From NCBI GenBank assembly GCA_021851895.1, contig JAJZQJ010000007.1, positions 6,618 to 70,617 of the forward strand: a stretch of 64,000 bases of DNA, in the 5' to 3' direction. Below the pieces are notes generated by a model that did no database searches, was not told the origin of the DNA, and saw only the letters and a program-made list of their open reading frames with translations. The first letter of the stretch is position 1, and the number at the start of each line of letters is the position of its first letter. A program made the position numbers and the translations under genes. Origin of the DNA: a bacterium (GTDB lineage: Bacteria > Patescibacteriota > Minisyncoccia > Phycocordibacterales > UBA6899). Of this stretch, positions 48,543-58,981 are shown piece by piece.

Positions 48543-49817
48543 TTATCTTCCTAAGATCGCAGAAAGTGTATTCTGCTTGATAATGATCCTTGCAGGTATG
48601 AAGCCCGCGACGATCGTCGAAGCGATGAGCACGCCTGCACGCAATAATGCACCAGTCGCATCTGCCACCAAGATACCATCAGAGAATGGAAAATCGATCG
48701 GATGTGCAGCGATGAACGGTTTAATGAAGAGGAAGACCGTCGCAATACCAATACCAGAACCAAGTATTGCGTAGAATATCGCCTGAGCAACATATGAGAT
48801 CTCGATCGCTCGATGGGTGATTCCAATTCCCTTCAAAATTCCGATATAACGTCTACGCGTAATTGCGTTCACGAAGATGACGATGAATATCGTGATCGAA
48901 GAAACTGCAAGTCCGATGACCGAAAGGAGCATACCGAGCACATCGAACGTATCCTTCATATCTTTCACTGTCTTTGGAATAGCATCCATCGATACTTGTA
49001 CACGCGCCCATTCACCGACACCCATGTCGAGGAGCTGCTGCACCGCCCGAGCAGAATCGAATCCAGGCTTCAGATGCACTGAGATCCTGCTTGCATTGAA
49101 ATCCGTTTGATTCTGCAGTCGACGCACCTCAGAGTCGACCATGGTGACCGCCATATCAAAATCAACCTTACTGCGCATGACGCCCTTCACAACGTACTCC
49201 TTTGAAACGCCATTGCTCGTGATGAGTATCTTCGATCCTACATCAACATTCTTGAGATTCTTGAAGGAAGGGTCATTGATCGGCGTATATTTCGCGAGCA
49301 AATTCTTTCCGACAATAACACTATCGACATCTGAATTATCGAGGAATTTACCCTCCATCATCTTCGTATTGATGTCTGAGAAAATTCGCTCTTGATCTGG
49401 GTTGATGCCCATAAGGGTCGCTGAAACCATATCGCGTGTCGTGCGAGGATCGATCGTTGCGCGATAATTCGACTCGATCTGTGCGCCACCGAAATAACGC
49501 ACGACATGATTCTTATAACCAGGAAGCTGCTTTACGATATCGATGATCTGAGGAGTGTGCTGAATAGCTGAGCGATCCGCAAGTGGCGAGATCTGTAGGT
49601 CTCCAGTTCCATACTTCACGTGCGCATCGATCGCACCCTGGATGAGACCAACGAGGATACCTCCGACGACAACAAGATTGAGAAACGTGAGCATCATCAC
49701 GAAGACGATCAAGCTTGTCGTCCAGATATTCGAGCGACGAAGATCGCGTGTTGCCAGAAAACGGCCGACACGGATATCGACCATGAACTGATTGATGAAA
49801 TTATTCTTCTTCGGCAT
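48543..49817 (-). CDS. ABC transporter permease (FtsX/MacB-like)
   Basis: One N-terminal TM helix, a large periplasmic domain, then a C-terminal 3-TM FtsX-like domain. Confidence 0.8.
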   Translation of the reverse strand: MPKKNNFINQFMVDIRVGRFLATRDLRRSNIWTTSLIVFVMMLTFLNLVVVGGILVGLIQGAIDAHVKYGTGDLQISPLADRSAIQHTPQIIDIVKQLPGYKNHVVRYFGGAQIESNYRATIDPRTTRDMVSATLMGINPDQERIFSDINTKMMEGKFLDNSDVDSVIVGKNLLAKYTPINDPSFKNLKNVDVGSKILITSNGVSKEYVVKGVMRSKVDFDMAVTMVDSEVRRLQNQTDFNASRISVHLKPGFDSARAVQQLLDMGVGEWARVQVSMDAIPKTVKDMKDTFDVLGMLLSVIGLAVSSITIFIVIFVNAITRRRYIGILKGIGITHRAIEISYVAQAIFYAILGSGIGIATVFLFIKPFIAAHPIDFPFSDGILVADATGALLRAGVLIASTIVAGFIPARIIIKQNTLSAILGR

Positions 49818-49826
49818 ATGCGTGGA

Positions 49827-51338
49827 TTATGATGCACCCTGGTCGGCGGCAACCTTATCTCCAGCGGACAATCCATTGGTGACCTCCACGAATCCCCCGT
49901 CACCACGCAAGCCTGTAGTAACCGTATGTGCTACGGTCTTCATCGTGTTCTCGTCAGTGATCAAGTAAACGATCTTTCCTTCCGGTGTCTCATGGATGAA
50001 ACGTGATGGAATAACGATCGCGCCATTTACCCTTGCTGTCTCCACGACGATATCCGCAGTCATGCCTGGCTTTATATTCTCTACGTCATCGACAGCCGCC
50101 TTGATCTTATAATTGACGATACCTCCATCGATCGTGGCACCAAGATTCACTTCGGACACTGAGCCATGGAATATGTGACTCTTACCGAGCGCCTCATAAG
50201 TAATTGAAACCGATTGTCCAACAGAAAGCCCGACGATATCACTCTCATTGACGTTCGCCTCAATGTAGAGATGTCCAACATCCTGTACGGTAACAACAGG
50301 CATGTTCATCGTCACAAGATCACCAAGACTTATATCGATCTTTGTGACCGTACCATCAGCAGGTGCCATCAAATAAGTCTTATCGAGATCCGCCTGAGCT
50401 GCCTCGACCACACCCTGTGCGGATAAGACATCAGCCTGCGCAGCCGCTACATCTGCGGGTCGGCTCGCTGCTTTTACCTGATCGAGCTTTGACTGAAGAT
50501 TTCCGACAACCTCATCGCGCGTAGCGACTGCAGCATTATACGCATTGAGATTTGCAGTATAGTTCTTGCCATCTTTATTCGGGACACGCATCACCCACTC
50601 ATCATTATAAGAATATGAGGTCGTTGGGAATGAGATGGTCAATCCCAAATTTCCAAGTGGCTGTGAAAGATTGATGACCGGCACTGTACCTGCTTCGAGT
50701 CCAGAATAACGTAGATCATATTGCGATCCACTAAAATCAAAATTATAGACTCCTTCTATTTTGCCCCCGAACGAACCACTGATCGTCGGGCTGTTCGCCG
50801 GATTCATATCATTACGGAGTGGAAGCAATACAAGATCATCAGACATCATCTTACGAAACGCATTGTTCACGATACGATCTTGCGTCCTCACTGCATTATC
50901 GAGCGCATCTTGCGCTGCCATGATATCCACCGAGCTTGCCCCTTCGAGAACCTTCTGCAAGCGTGCCTTCGCACCCAAAAGTTGGCCCTTCGCCTTGGTC
51001 AAATTCGCTCGTTCTGAATCATTTTGCAAAACAGCGATTACCTGCCCTTTCTTGACCTTATCGCCGACCTTGAAATTGATCGCGCTTACGATATCGCTCG
51101 CCTGGAATGAGAGTGCGAGGTCCGTTGAGCTCGTTACCTTACCGGAAGCCATCACTGTCTTCACGAGATCCATACGCTCGGCCACGCCGACATCAAGCAC
51201 GACTTTCTGTTTTCGTGAGAGCATGAAAACACCAATGATCGCGATGACGAGTATGAATATGGTCACATATACGGCTCTTTTATGATCTTCCATCAAGATG
51301 CCCATCTTTCGAAATAGCTTTTCTTTTGAATCCTTCAT
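49827..51338 (-). CDS. HlyD/MacA-like periplasmic adaptor
   Basis: N-terminal TM helix, a coiled-coil hairpin and lipoyl/beta-barrel-like segments. It lies adjacent to the ABC permease and ATPase genes. Confidence 0.7.
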   Translation of the reverse strand: MKDSKEKLFRKMGILMEDHKRAVYVTIFILVIAIIGVFMLSRKQKVVLDVGVAERMDLVKTVMASGKVTSSTDLALSFQASDIVSAINFKVGDKVKKGQVIAVLQNDSERANLTKAKGQLLGAKARLQKVLEGASSVDIMAAQDALDNAVRTQDRIVNNAFRKMMSDDLVLLPLRNDMNPANSPTISGSFGGKIEGVYNFDFSGSQYDLRYSGLEAGTVPVINLSQPLGNLGLTISFPTTSYSYNDEWVMRVPNKDGKNYTANLNAYNAAVATRDEVVGNLQSKLDQVKAASRPADVAAAQADVLSAQGVVEAAQADLDKTYLMAPADGTVTKIDISLGDLVTMNMPVVTVQDVGHLYIEANVNESDIVGLSVGQSVSITYEALGKSHIFHGSVSEVNLGATIDGGIVNYKIKAAVDDVENIKPGMTADIVVETARVNGAIVIPSRFIHETPEGKIVYLITDENTMKTVAHTVTTGLRGDGGFVEVTNGLSAGDKVAADQGAS

Positions 51339-51427
51339 CCCAATATCATAACATAAAGGGGGTATATCTTGAACTCTTAAAAATGGCAAAATCGGGCATT
51401 TTTCCTAGGACGTGCTAGACTTTATCC

Positions 51428-52330
51428 ATGACCGATTCGCGTCATCTCATCTCGATCATCGGACCAACCGCAACGGGTAAAAGCGACCTCGCGGTTTTTC
51501 TCGCGCTCGCTCTCGACGGTGAGATCATTTCAGCGGATTCAAGGCAGGTATTCAAGGGATTAGACATTGGATCAGGAAAGATAACGAATGCGGAGATGCA
51601 GGGTATACCTCATCATCTTATCGATGTCGAGGACGTGCGCAACGAATTCACCGTCTCGCATTTCGCAGAAATGGCACGTAAGGAGATCAGCGATATACAG
51701 GCACGGGGTAAACTGCCGATACTTTGTGGTGGGTCCGGATTCTGGGTAGACACGGTCACGCGTGGCCTCGTCATCCCCGAGGTCGCACCCGACGAAGCAT
51801 TACGTGCGAAGCTCTATGCACACTCAAATGAGGAGCTCTTCAAAATACTCCAAGAGAAAGATCCCGTCCGCGCAGCAACGATCGATAGACAGAACCCGCT
51901 AAGACTCGTGCGCGCAATAGAGATCGCGAGTGCATTAGGCTCTGTCCCTGATAAGACATATATCGCACCTCCCTATCCTGTGCTCACCATAGGTATTACC
52001 GCGGACAAGGAGATCATCGACGCACGTATCGCCAAGAGACTCGATGAGCGACTCGCCTCCGGGATGATCGAAGAAGTGCGGAAGCTACTTGCCGATGGAG
52101 TACCCGCAAAACGCCTTTATGCGCTTGGACTCGAATACAGACATGTCACTATGCTCCTTGAGGGTGACTACGATTCCGAAGAAGAAATGCGTGACGCACT
52201 GTATATGGACATCGTCCACTTCGCAAAGAGACAGATGACCTGGTTTAAAAAACATAAGGACATCGCCTGGATTGGCGTCGGAGAGAAAGAGCGTGCGCTC
52301 TCCATCGCAAAGGAGTGGCTTGCACACTAA
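51428..52330 (+). CDS. miaA: tRNA dimethylallyltransferase
   Basis: P-loop GPTATGKS near the N-terminus and 300 aa length. Confidence 0.9.
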   Translation: MTDSRHLISIIGPTATGKSDLAVFLALALDGEIISADSRQVFKGLDIGSGKITNAEMQGIPHHLIDVEDVRNEFTVSHFAEMARKEISDIQARGKLPILCGGSGFWVDTVTRGLVIPEVAPDEALRAKLYAHSNEELFKILQEKDPVRAATIDRQNPLRLVRAIEIASALGSVPDKTYIAPPYPVLTIGITADKEIIDARIAKRLDERLASGMIEEVRKLLADGVPAKRLYALGLEYRHVTMLLEGDYDSEEEMRDALYMDIVHFAKRQMTWFKKHKDIAWIGVGEKERALSIAKEWLAH

Positions 52331-52386
52331 TACACTTCCACGCACAGCATTCGAGTGCTATCATGAACTCATAATCTAACGTTCAT

Positions 52387-53157
52387 ATGGAAAATCAATC
52401 TCAACAACAAGAGATTCGCAACACGACTCGCGGTCGTTTCGGAAATCTCTTCACCTTTGGCTTCCTCTTCCCTGCAATTCTCGGAGCATCAGTGCTCCTC
52501 TCCGCGTATATCGTCTCGACAACGTTTCTCGGGATAAAGAAGCTCGACAACGTCATCTCTGTTTCGGGCTCTGCAAAGCAACGGGTCACCTCTGACTCTG
52601 CGCGCTGGACGGGGACCTTTTCTCGTCTCGTCACCAAGGACGGCGTCAAAGATGGCTATGCGCAAATGAAGCAAGACGAGCAGGCCGTACGCACATTCCT
52701 CGATGCACAGGGCTTCAAAGATGCAGAGATCTCGCCGATCTCCATGAACGAGTGGTATCGAAATGACGCGAAAGGAACGAGGGATTACAACCTCTCGCAA
52801 TATGTAGAAGTACGTTCAAAGGATGTCGAAAAGATGAAAGCACTCGCAAAGAGCAGCGAATCACTTGCAGCGGGCGGAATCTTCTTCTCGCCGGGACCAG
52901 TTGAGTATTACTACTCAAAACTTCCCGAGCTTCGCGTGTCACTGCTCCCCGCAGCACTTAAGGATGCACGCGCCCGGGCAGAGGCGATCGCACAAAATAG
53001 CGGAGCGCATGTCGGAGCGACAAAGTCTGTCTCTATGGGGGTCGTCCAAGTACTCTCAGCAGATTCTGTAGATGTTTCAGACTATGGTGCTTATGACACT
53101 TCAAAGATAGAAAAGGATGTCATGATCACCGTAAAAGCTGCGTTTCAGCTCGATTAA
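52387..53157 (+). CDS. SIMPL (DUF541) domain protein
   Basis: N-terminal TM helix and a SIMPL-like pattern (VSGSAK..V.SD.A). Confidence 0.65.
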   Translation: MENQSQQQEIRNTTRGRFGNLFTFGFLFPAILGASVLLSAYIVSTTFLGIKKLDNVISVSGSAKQRVTSDSARWTGTFSRLVTKDGVKDGYAQMKQDEQAVRTFLDAQGFKDAEISPISMNEWYRNDAKGTRDYNLSQYVEVRSKDVEKMKALAKSSESLAAGGIFFSPGPVEYYYSKLPELRVSLLPAALKDARARAEAIAQNSGAHVGATKSVSMGVVQVLSADSVDVSDYGAYDTSKIEKDVMITVKAAFQLD

Positions 53158-53251
53158 CAAAAACGGCTCAGGCCGTTTTTTGTTTGCTTTTTGGCTCTAA
53201 ATAAGATAAACTACGAATACAAATGCCAAATTCTGGCCTTTGATATATGTT

Positions 53252-53322
53252 GGGCCTATAGTTCAGCGGTAGAATTATGGTCTCCAAAACCATCGACAGG
53301 GGTTCGAATCCTCTTGGGCCCG
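53252..53322 (+). tRNA. tRNA-Trp (anticodon CCA)
   Basis: Manually folded cloverleaf. Acceptor stem gggccta/tgggccc, D-stem gttc/gaat, anticodon stem atggt/accat with loop ctCCAaa, and T-arm agggg-ttcgaat-cctct. A terminator follows at 53331-53359. Confidence 0.9.
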
Positions 53323-53363
53323 CAACACACAAAAACAGAGCGCAAGCTCTGTTTTTGTTATGT

Positions 53364-53641
53364 GTTGCGAGACCCAAAAGGATTCGAAAGGCGGAGGCCG
53401 CGAAGCCGACCGCTTTCGGTTCCGACCGAAGCGGTCGTGGCCGAGCCGGGGTCGCGAGCACTTAGTCGCAGCGAGGCGAAGCCGAAGCGAGACTTAGTGA
53501 CTTGTGACCGAAGACTCATGGGCCCATATTTCGCGCAAGCGTTATTTTTGTTTTCTGTTGCAAGGCCCAAGAGGATTCGAAGGGCGGAGGCTGCGAAGCC
53601 AGCCGCTGAGGCTCCCAGCCGAGGCGGCTGTAGCCGAGCCC
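53364..53641. repeat. Two tandem ~84-nt GC-rich repeat units about 194 nt apart (53364-53447, 53558-53641), followed by tandem ~55-nt repeats carrying the tRNA-Trp 3'-end motif
   Basis: The first pair is gttgcgagacccaaaaggattcgaaaggcggaggccgcgaagccgaccgc... versus gttgcaaggcccaagaggattcgaagggcggaggctgcgaagccagccgc..., with stem gaccgc/gcggtc replaced by cagccgc/gcggctg. The second pair is tcctattctgcgtgcgYagcacttcat...gaccgaatc, repeated at 53718-53770 and 53773-53830. Confidence 0.8.
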
Positions 53642-53873
53642 TGGCCCTACCTGCACCCCGCCGTTTCGGAGTGAAGCGAACGAAACGACGGAGGTGACAG
53701 AGGGGCGAATCCTCTTACTCTCCTATTCTGCGTGCGCAGCACTTCATGACTTAGAAACTCGTGACCGAATCACTCCTATTCTGCGTGCGTAGCACTCCAT
53801 ATCTTAGAAACTTCCGACCGAATCCTCTTGGGCACCATTTGAATCTTTTCCTTTTCCATGCAAAAATTTCCTC

Positions 53874-54788
53874 ATGGAACTCCCTACTCACCTCAAGTCC
53901 CTCTACCGCCACTGGCCGAAACACGTTAGCCCCATACCTGACCTCCCCAAGCCACTCTGCGACGATGAGACCCTTAAGCAGATCGACGCTTTCGTTCTTG
54001 AGCGCATGCGCATCTGGGAGCGCAAGACACGGGGCCAAAAAGGACCACTCACCGACGACCCCATACTCGCGCACTACCGCTTCTGCAACATCTACCGCGA
54101 ATTCGATCGCCAGACCATCGCATTTCATGAGCGATTAAATCCTATCCGAGACGACTTTCCACTCTGGCTGCTCAACATGTTCGCTTACCGCATGATCGCG
54201 AACACTGATACTGTTACTCAAATCGGCTTACTCACATTCAACCCAAAAGAACAAAAATCATTTTTTGAACGATTAAACTCTACTTCGCGTCCCCGTTTTG
54301 GCACTCCGTACGTCTTTCCAGTGAGTACGATATTGAAAAGCGATACACCAACGCGAGAGACATTCATTGCTTTCCATCTTCCGAAAGTGATGCGCGGGAT
54401 CGCAGCCGAGATCAGCACGTGGAAGGATATGTCCGTTTACGATGGCATTCGACGTATCATTCCGCTTTTCAGGTTCCAACACGAATTCCTCTGGACCGAA
54501 GTCCTTATCGATGTCGCCTACCAATATCCCGAACGGATCGATCTATTCGCACGCTTCCCGATCGGCCCTGGGTCGCTCCCGACAATGCAGCGACTCGGTG
54601 GCGCGCAAGAGTCATCGGAATTCGTTGCTACACTTGCAGGTCACAGGCTCGATGGAGGGGTGTCCTACAATGGAATTCCTCTTCGACTTTCTGCGGAAAA
54701 TTGGGAAGGCATAGGCTGCGAATTCAGAAAGTATACTAATCTCAAAAATGGAATGGGTCGCAAGCGGCTTTATCGCGAGAATCCTTGA
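53874..54788 (+). CDS. Hypothetical protein (304 aa), orphan gene between tRNA-Trp and rpmG
   Basis: Long ORF with no family recognisable by eye, preceded by repeats containing copies of the tRNA-Trp 3' end. Confidence 0.5.
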   Translation: MELPTHLKSLYRHWPKHVSPIPDLPKPLCDDETLKQIDAFVLERMRIWERKTRGQKGPLTDDPILAHYRFCNIYREFDRQTIAFHERLNPIRDDFPLWLLNMFAYRMIANTDTVTQIGLLTFNPKEQKSFFERLNSTSRPRFGTPYVFPVSTILKSDTPTRETFIAFHLPKVMRGIAAEISTWKDMSVYDGIRRIIPLFRFQHEFLWTEVLIDVAYQYPERIDLFARFPIGPGSLPTMQRLGGAQESSEFVATLAGHRLDGGVSYNGIPLRLSAENWEGIGCEFRKYTNLKNGMGRKRLYRENP

Positions 54789-54872
54789 TTTTAAGCTAAT
54801 CCCCATATAGTAGAGGAAATATGGCTAAATCCCCTTGCATTTTTACCGATTTAGGGTAATATAGCTCTACTT

Positions 54873-55028
54873 ATGGCACAGGAGAATCTTATCGTATTGC
54901 GCAACAAGGGAACTGGCGAGGCCATTTTCACACGCAAGAACAAGAAGGGTGTGCAGCGCAAGCTTGAGCTCAAGAAGTTCAGCAAGAAGCTCCGTACACG
55001 TGTTGTCTTCAAGGAGGCAAAGAAATAA
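54873..55028 (+). CDS. rpmG: 50S ribosomal protein L33
   Basis: Manually translated 51-aa ORF MAQENLIVLRNKGTGEAIFTRKNKKGVQRKLELKKFSKKLRTRVVFKEAKK, missing from the ORF track because it is shorter than 60 aa. It matches the bL33 pattern (GTG...T.KNK....KLELKK...R..V.KE.K). Confidence 0.85.
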   Translation: MAQENLIVLRNKGTGEAIFTRKNKKGVQRKLELKKFSKKLRTRVVFKEAKK

Positions 55029-55245
55029 AAACTTATATTTTGACGCACTTGCCGTCGCTTCGACGACTGACTCGCTCACCGTATCAAACATACGGCTCAC
55101 TAGAGTTCAGACGCCTGCAGCGGCGGCAATTGCATTCAAAATCTAAAATTTTATATAATCCCACTAAAGGGATCATTTTTTTTATATGATTACCCTTTCC
55201 CACTACACTCATGTATAATAATGTCATCATATTACAGCAATCACT

Positions 55246-55905
55246 ATGGTCCTTCGCAAAATAACAAAAACAAGTGTCGCCGAATCCTGCGCCGATCTCG
55301 CTGAACGTTCTTCACTTGACCTCGACGTCATCCTGCTTACAACAGTGGCGACCGCCATCTGTTTCTTTGGCTTTCACATGAATAGCTCCTCGGTCATTAT
55401 CGGTGCAATGGTGATCTCACCACTGCTCTACTCTGTCGTGCATATTGGTGTATCAATATTCAATTGGGACAGCAAATCAGTACGAAGCAGCCTCGTCACG
55501 ATCATCGGCGGCTCGGTCATCGCGATCAGTGTTGCAGCACTCCTAACACAGCTCTTTCCGACAACTCCTCGATCTGAAATCATAGATCGATTGAATATCT
55601 CGCTAATGGATTACTTCTTCGTCGCAGTCTTTTCTGGAATCGGTGGAACATTCGCATTCTTTTGGCCAAATATTCTCGACATCGTCGCGGGGATCACTAT
55701 TTCCATTGCACTTATTCCTCCGATGACGATGATCGGTATCGGCATGACAAGTTTCAGCGCTCACCTCCTTGCAATAAGCGGAATTATCGCAGTTATAAAC
55801 ATATTAGGTATTTGCCTCGGCGCATTCATTGCCTACGCAAGCATCGAAATCGCACTCAGACACTTCTCAAAGATAACCGCGATGCCCATAGAGGGGGTAA
55901 AATGA
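55246..55905 (+). CDS. Hypothetical polytopic membrane protein (DUF389-like)
   Basis: 219 aa with about 6 TM helices. It sits where secE-nusG would be expected after rpmG. Confidence 0.4.
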   Translation: MVLRKITKTSVAESCADLAERSSLDLDVILLTTVATAICFFGFHMNSSSVIIGAMVISPLLYSVVHIGVSIFNWDSKSVRSSLVTIIGGSVIAISVAALLTQLFPTTPRSEIIDRLNISLMDYFFVAVFSGIGGTFAFFWPNILDIVAGITISIALIPPMTMIGIGMTSFSAHLLAISGIIAVINILGICLGAFIAYASIEIALRHFSKITAMPIEGVK

Positions 55906-55928
55906 AAAACCGCCATTGGCGGTTTTTG
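55906..55928. terminator. Bidirectional terminator between the membrane gene and gyrA
   Basis: aaaaaccgcc-att-ggcggttttt. Confidence 0.75.
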
Positions 55929-56063
55929 TCTGTATTTTGAAACCAAAGATTTTGGATGGAATTTGCCTTATTGCAGCCACATGAACTCTAGTGAGCCGTA
56001 TGGGTTATACGGTGAACGAGGCATGCGGCGAAATAAGGTAAAGTTCGCCAAAATATTGGGTTT

Positions 56064-58541
56064 TTACAATACGGTGATGGAGGCAATACTATCCCCTTCC
56101 CTCAATTTCATAATACGTACACCCTGCGTCGAGCGTGAAAGTACTGGAATATCCGCGAGTGGAGTCCTGATCACCTGCGCATTGCGTGATATTGCAATGA
56201 GCTCAGCATCAAGATCCGGCACGACGATACCCATGACGATCGCACCTGTCTTGTCGGTGACATTCGCCGTCTTGATACCACTACCACCGCGACCTTGTGT
56301 CTTGTACTCATCGATTTCGGTCATCTTGCCGTAACCGTGTTCGCTGATGACAAGGAGATATGCCTTCTTGCCATAAACTTCACGAACGACATCAGCGGTG
56401 ACGAGTTCATCGCCCTTCTTTATCGTCATACCCTTCACGCCTGCTGCCGTGCGGCCCATTTCTCGAACATCGGAGTGACTAAAGCGGATCGACTGACCAT
56501 CAGCGGTCACAAGAGAAACATCGTCCTTACCCTCAGTGAAACGACAAGCAAGAAGCTCGTCACTATCATGGAGCGTGATCGCAATGAGACCACTCCTGCG
56601 CACATCGGCAAATGCATCTGCGGCGCACTTCTTCACCGTGCCCCCCTTAGTGACCATGAAGAGTGAGAGACCCTTCATCTCCTTTGCCTCTCTTGGCATA
56701 GCGAGAATCGAGGTGACCTTCTCCTCTGGACTGATCGCGAGATAATTGACGATAGACTTACCCCTCGTCGCACGCTTACCTTCAGGAAGTTCGTATGCCT
56801 TGATCTGGTAGACCTTACCCTTATTCGTAAAGAAGAGCAGATCATTGTGTGTCGTACACGAGAGGAAGATCTTGATGAAGTCCTCTTCCTTGGTCTCAAG
56901 GTCGACGACACCAACACCGCCTCGCTTTTGTACGCGGTATTCTGCGGGATCGGTGCGCTTGATGTAGCCACCACTACTGAAGACCACGATGGTCTCATTG
57001 TCGGGGATCATATCTTCAAGTGAAATGTTCTTCACACCACCCTTCACCACCTTTGTGCGGCGAGGATCACCATATTTCTCTCTGATCTCGAGAAGCTCAT
57101 CCTTGATGACCTTCATCATCTTCTTCAAAGAACCAAGGATCGACTCGAGCTCAGCGATGAGTGCCTGTACTGCCTTCAGCTCATCCTCGATCTTCTTGCG
57201 CTCAAGACCTGCGAGCTTCTGCAACTTCATCTCGAGGATGGCAGTCGCCTGTCGCTCTGAGAACTTGAACTGCTTCATCAAATTCACATGTGCCGTTGGA
57301 GTATCCTTCGACGCCTTGATGGTCTTGATGATCTCATCGATGTGATCGAGTGCCTTCTTGAGTCCGAGCAAGATATGCTCACGATCCTTTGCTTTCGCGA
57401 GATCGAATTCTGTACGACGTCTGACGACTTCCTTTCGATGCTTGATGAACTCCTCAAGCATGCTCTTCAATGAGAGCGTCTGTGGCTGACCATTGACGAG
57501 TGCCACCATGTTGTAATGGAAGGTCATCTCGAGATCTGTATGCTTATAGATCTGATTCAGTACACTCTGTGGAGGAACGCCGGCTTTTACAAAGATGACC
57601 ACACGAATATCTCTTGTCGATTCATCACGAATATCTCGGATACCATCGATCTTCTTGTCTTTAACAAGCTCCGCGATCTTCATGATCATATCGGACTTAT
57701 TAACGCGATACGGAATAGAAGTGATCACGATCTCAGACTGACCAGCCTTTGTCTCGACGATCTCACACTCACCGCGACATACGACACCACCGCGTCCGGT
57801 CGCATATGCATGAGCGATATCCTGCTTATTGAAAACAAGACCACCAACTGGAAAATCAGGACCCTTCACATATTCGAGAAGATCCTCCAGCGTGAGATCA
57901 GGATCATCGATAAGTGCGATCGTCGCATCGACGACTTCTCCGAGATTATGCGGAGGGATGTTCGTTGCCATACCGACGGCGATACCGAGCGTACCATTGA
58001 GAAGGAGTGCGGGCACCGCTGCAGGAAGCACTGCGGGCTCCTTGCGAGAACCATCATAGTTTGGACGGAAATCGACAGTACCCTTATCGAGATCACGGAG
58101 CATCTCGCCCGCGACCTTGCTCATCTTCGCTTCCGTATAACGCATTGCAGCCGCAGAGTCTCCATCGATAGAACCGAAATTACCCTGTCCGATCACGAAT
58201 GGATAGCGGAAGGTGAAGTCCTGTGCGGTCTTCACCATGGCCTCATACACCGCAGAGTCACCATGTGGGTGGTACTTTCCAAGGACATCTCCGACGATCG
58301 CCGCAGACTTCTTGAAACGCGCATTTGCAAAAAGACCCATGCCGTACATCGCAAAGAGAATGCGACGATGGACTGGCTTCAATCCGTCGCGAATATCGGG
58401 GAGCGCGCGAGACACAATGACGGACATCGCGTAATTGAGATACGAATCGCGCATCTCTGACGAGATGTTCGAAGCGACTACGCCTGTATGCTCTGTCTGT
58501 GCCGATGATGACTCAGGTTCGTTTTCTTTCTTTTTTGCCAT
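56064..58541 (-). CDS. gyrA: DNA gyrase subunit A
   Basis: 825 aa product with the active-site Tyr region (AAMRYTE), a QRDR-like segment and the C-terminal beta-pinwheel repeats. Confidence 0.95.
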   Translation of the reverse strand: MAKKKENEPESSSAQTEHTGVVASNISSEMRDSYLNYAMSVIVSRALPDIRDGLKPVHRRILFAMYGMGLFANARFKKSAAIVGDVLGKYHPHGDSAVYEAMVKTAQDFTFRYPFVIGQGNFGSIDGDSAAAMRYTEAKMSKVAGEMLRDLDKGTVDFRPNYDGSRKEPAVLPAAVPALLLNGTLGIAVGMATNIPPHNLGEVVDATIALIDDPDLTLEDLLEYVKGPDFPVGGLVFNKQDIAHAYATGRGGVVCRGECEIVETKAGQSEIVITSIPYRVNKSDMIMKIAELVKDKKIDGIRDIRDESTRDIRVVIFVKAGVPPQSVLNQIYKHTDLEMTFHYNMVALVNGQPQTLSLKSMLEEFIKHRKEVVRRRTEFDLAKAKDREHILLGLKKALDHIDEIIKTIKASKDTPTAHVNLMKQFKFSERQATAILEMKLQKLAGLERKKIEDELKAVQALIAELESILGSLKKMMKVIKDELLEIREKYGDPRRTKVVKGGVKNISLEDMIPDNETIVVFSSGGYIKRTDPAEYRVQKRGGVGVVDLETKEEDFIKIFLSCTTHNDLLFFTNKGKVYQIKAYELPEGKRATRGKSIVNYLAISPEEKVTSILAMPREAKEMKGLSLFMVTKGGTVKKCAADAFADVRRSGLIAITLHDSDELLACRFTEGKDDVSLVTADGQSIRFSHSDVREMGRTAAGVKGMTIKKGDELVTADVVREVYGKKAYLLVISEHGYGKMTEIDEYKTQGRGGSGIKTANVTDKTGAIVMGIVVPDLDAELIAISRNAQVIRTPLADIPVLSRSTQGVRIMKLREGDSIASITVL

Positions 58542-58554
58542 GATTGTTTCTCAA

Positions 58555-58971
58555 TTAATTTTCGAAGCTTTTAGTGACGGTCGCTTCTCCCGTGTCGACA
58601 CCCGGAACAGTACCAAGATCGAGCTTATCCGATGTTGTGCTTTCAGCACTCGTATCACTACTCGATGCGGATATTACCGAACTATCGAGCACAGACGCAT
58701 TCAACCCTTTCAGCATACCCACCGTCGTATCGACGGACTTCTTTCCCTCATCAAACAATTTCCCCACTGCAGCGAAAATCGAGACATCGGCCTCGCCCGT
58801 ACGCACATCATTGGATGCCACAGGTAAAGGCACTGTATCACGAGAGCGCATATAAAATTGCGCGTATCCAACAGTGATCGTGGGGATGAGTGCAGCGATG
58901 ACCACGATCACATTCTTTGTGTGCGGAGATTTGCTGCGTAAATATTTGAGTAATGGATTTGCGTCAAGCAT
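58555..58971 (-). CDS. Hypothetical membrane-anchored protein
   Basis: 138 aa with one TM helix and a Ser/Thr/Asp-rich C-terminus. Confidence 0.35.
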   Translation of the reverse strand: MLDANPLLKYLRSKSPHTKNVIVVIAALIPTITVGYAQFYMRSRDTVPLPVASNDVRTGEADVSIFAAVGKLFDEGKKSVDTTVGMLKGLNASVLDSSVISASSSDTSAESTTSDKLDLGTVPGVDTGEATVTKSFEN

Positions 58972-58981
58972 GATTACAGAA

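Noticed and set aside
53191-53697. ORF-track entries overlapping the tRNA-Trp gene and the downstream repeats: 53191-53697 +, 53277-53465 +, 53168-53461 -, 53358-53570 -.
   Set aside because: They span a confidently folded tRNA and a tandem GC-rich repeat array. The translations are low-complexity Arg/Ala/Pro-rich with no start context, so I treat them as spurious reading frames.
55029-55245. secE/nusG expected downstream of rpmG.
   Set aside because: No small single-TM SecE-like ORF or NusG KOW-domain ORF follows rpmG. The gap holds hairpins and a terminator, and the next gene is a polytopic DUF389-like membrane protein.
57516-58460. Long antisense ORFs inside well-supported genes, for example 57516-58460 + inside gyrA, 39066-39926 + inside serS, 22296-23312 + inside the histidine kinase, and 971-1387 - inside rpoA.
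   Set aside because: These are shadow ORFs opposite strongly conserved coding sequence. Their products are Cys/Arg/His-rich low-complexity translations.
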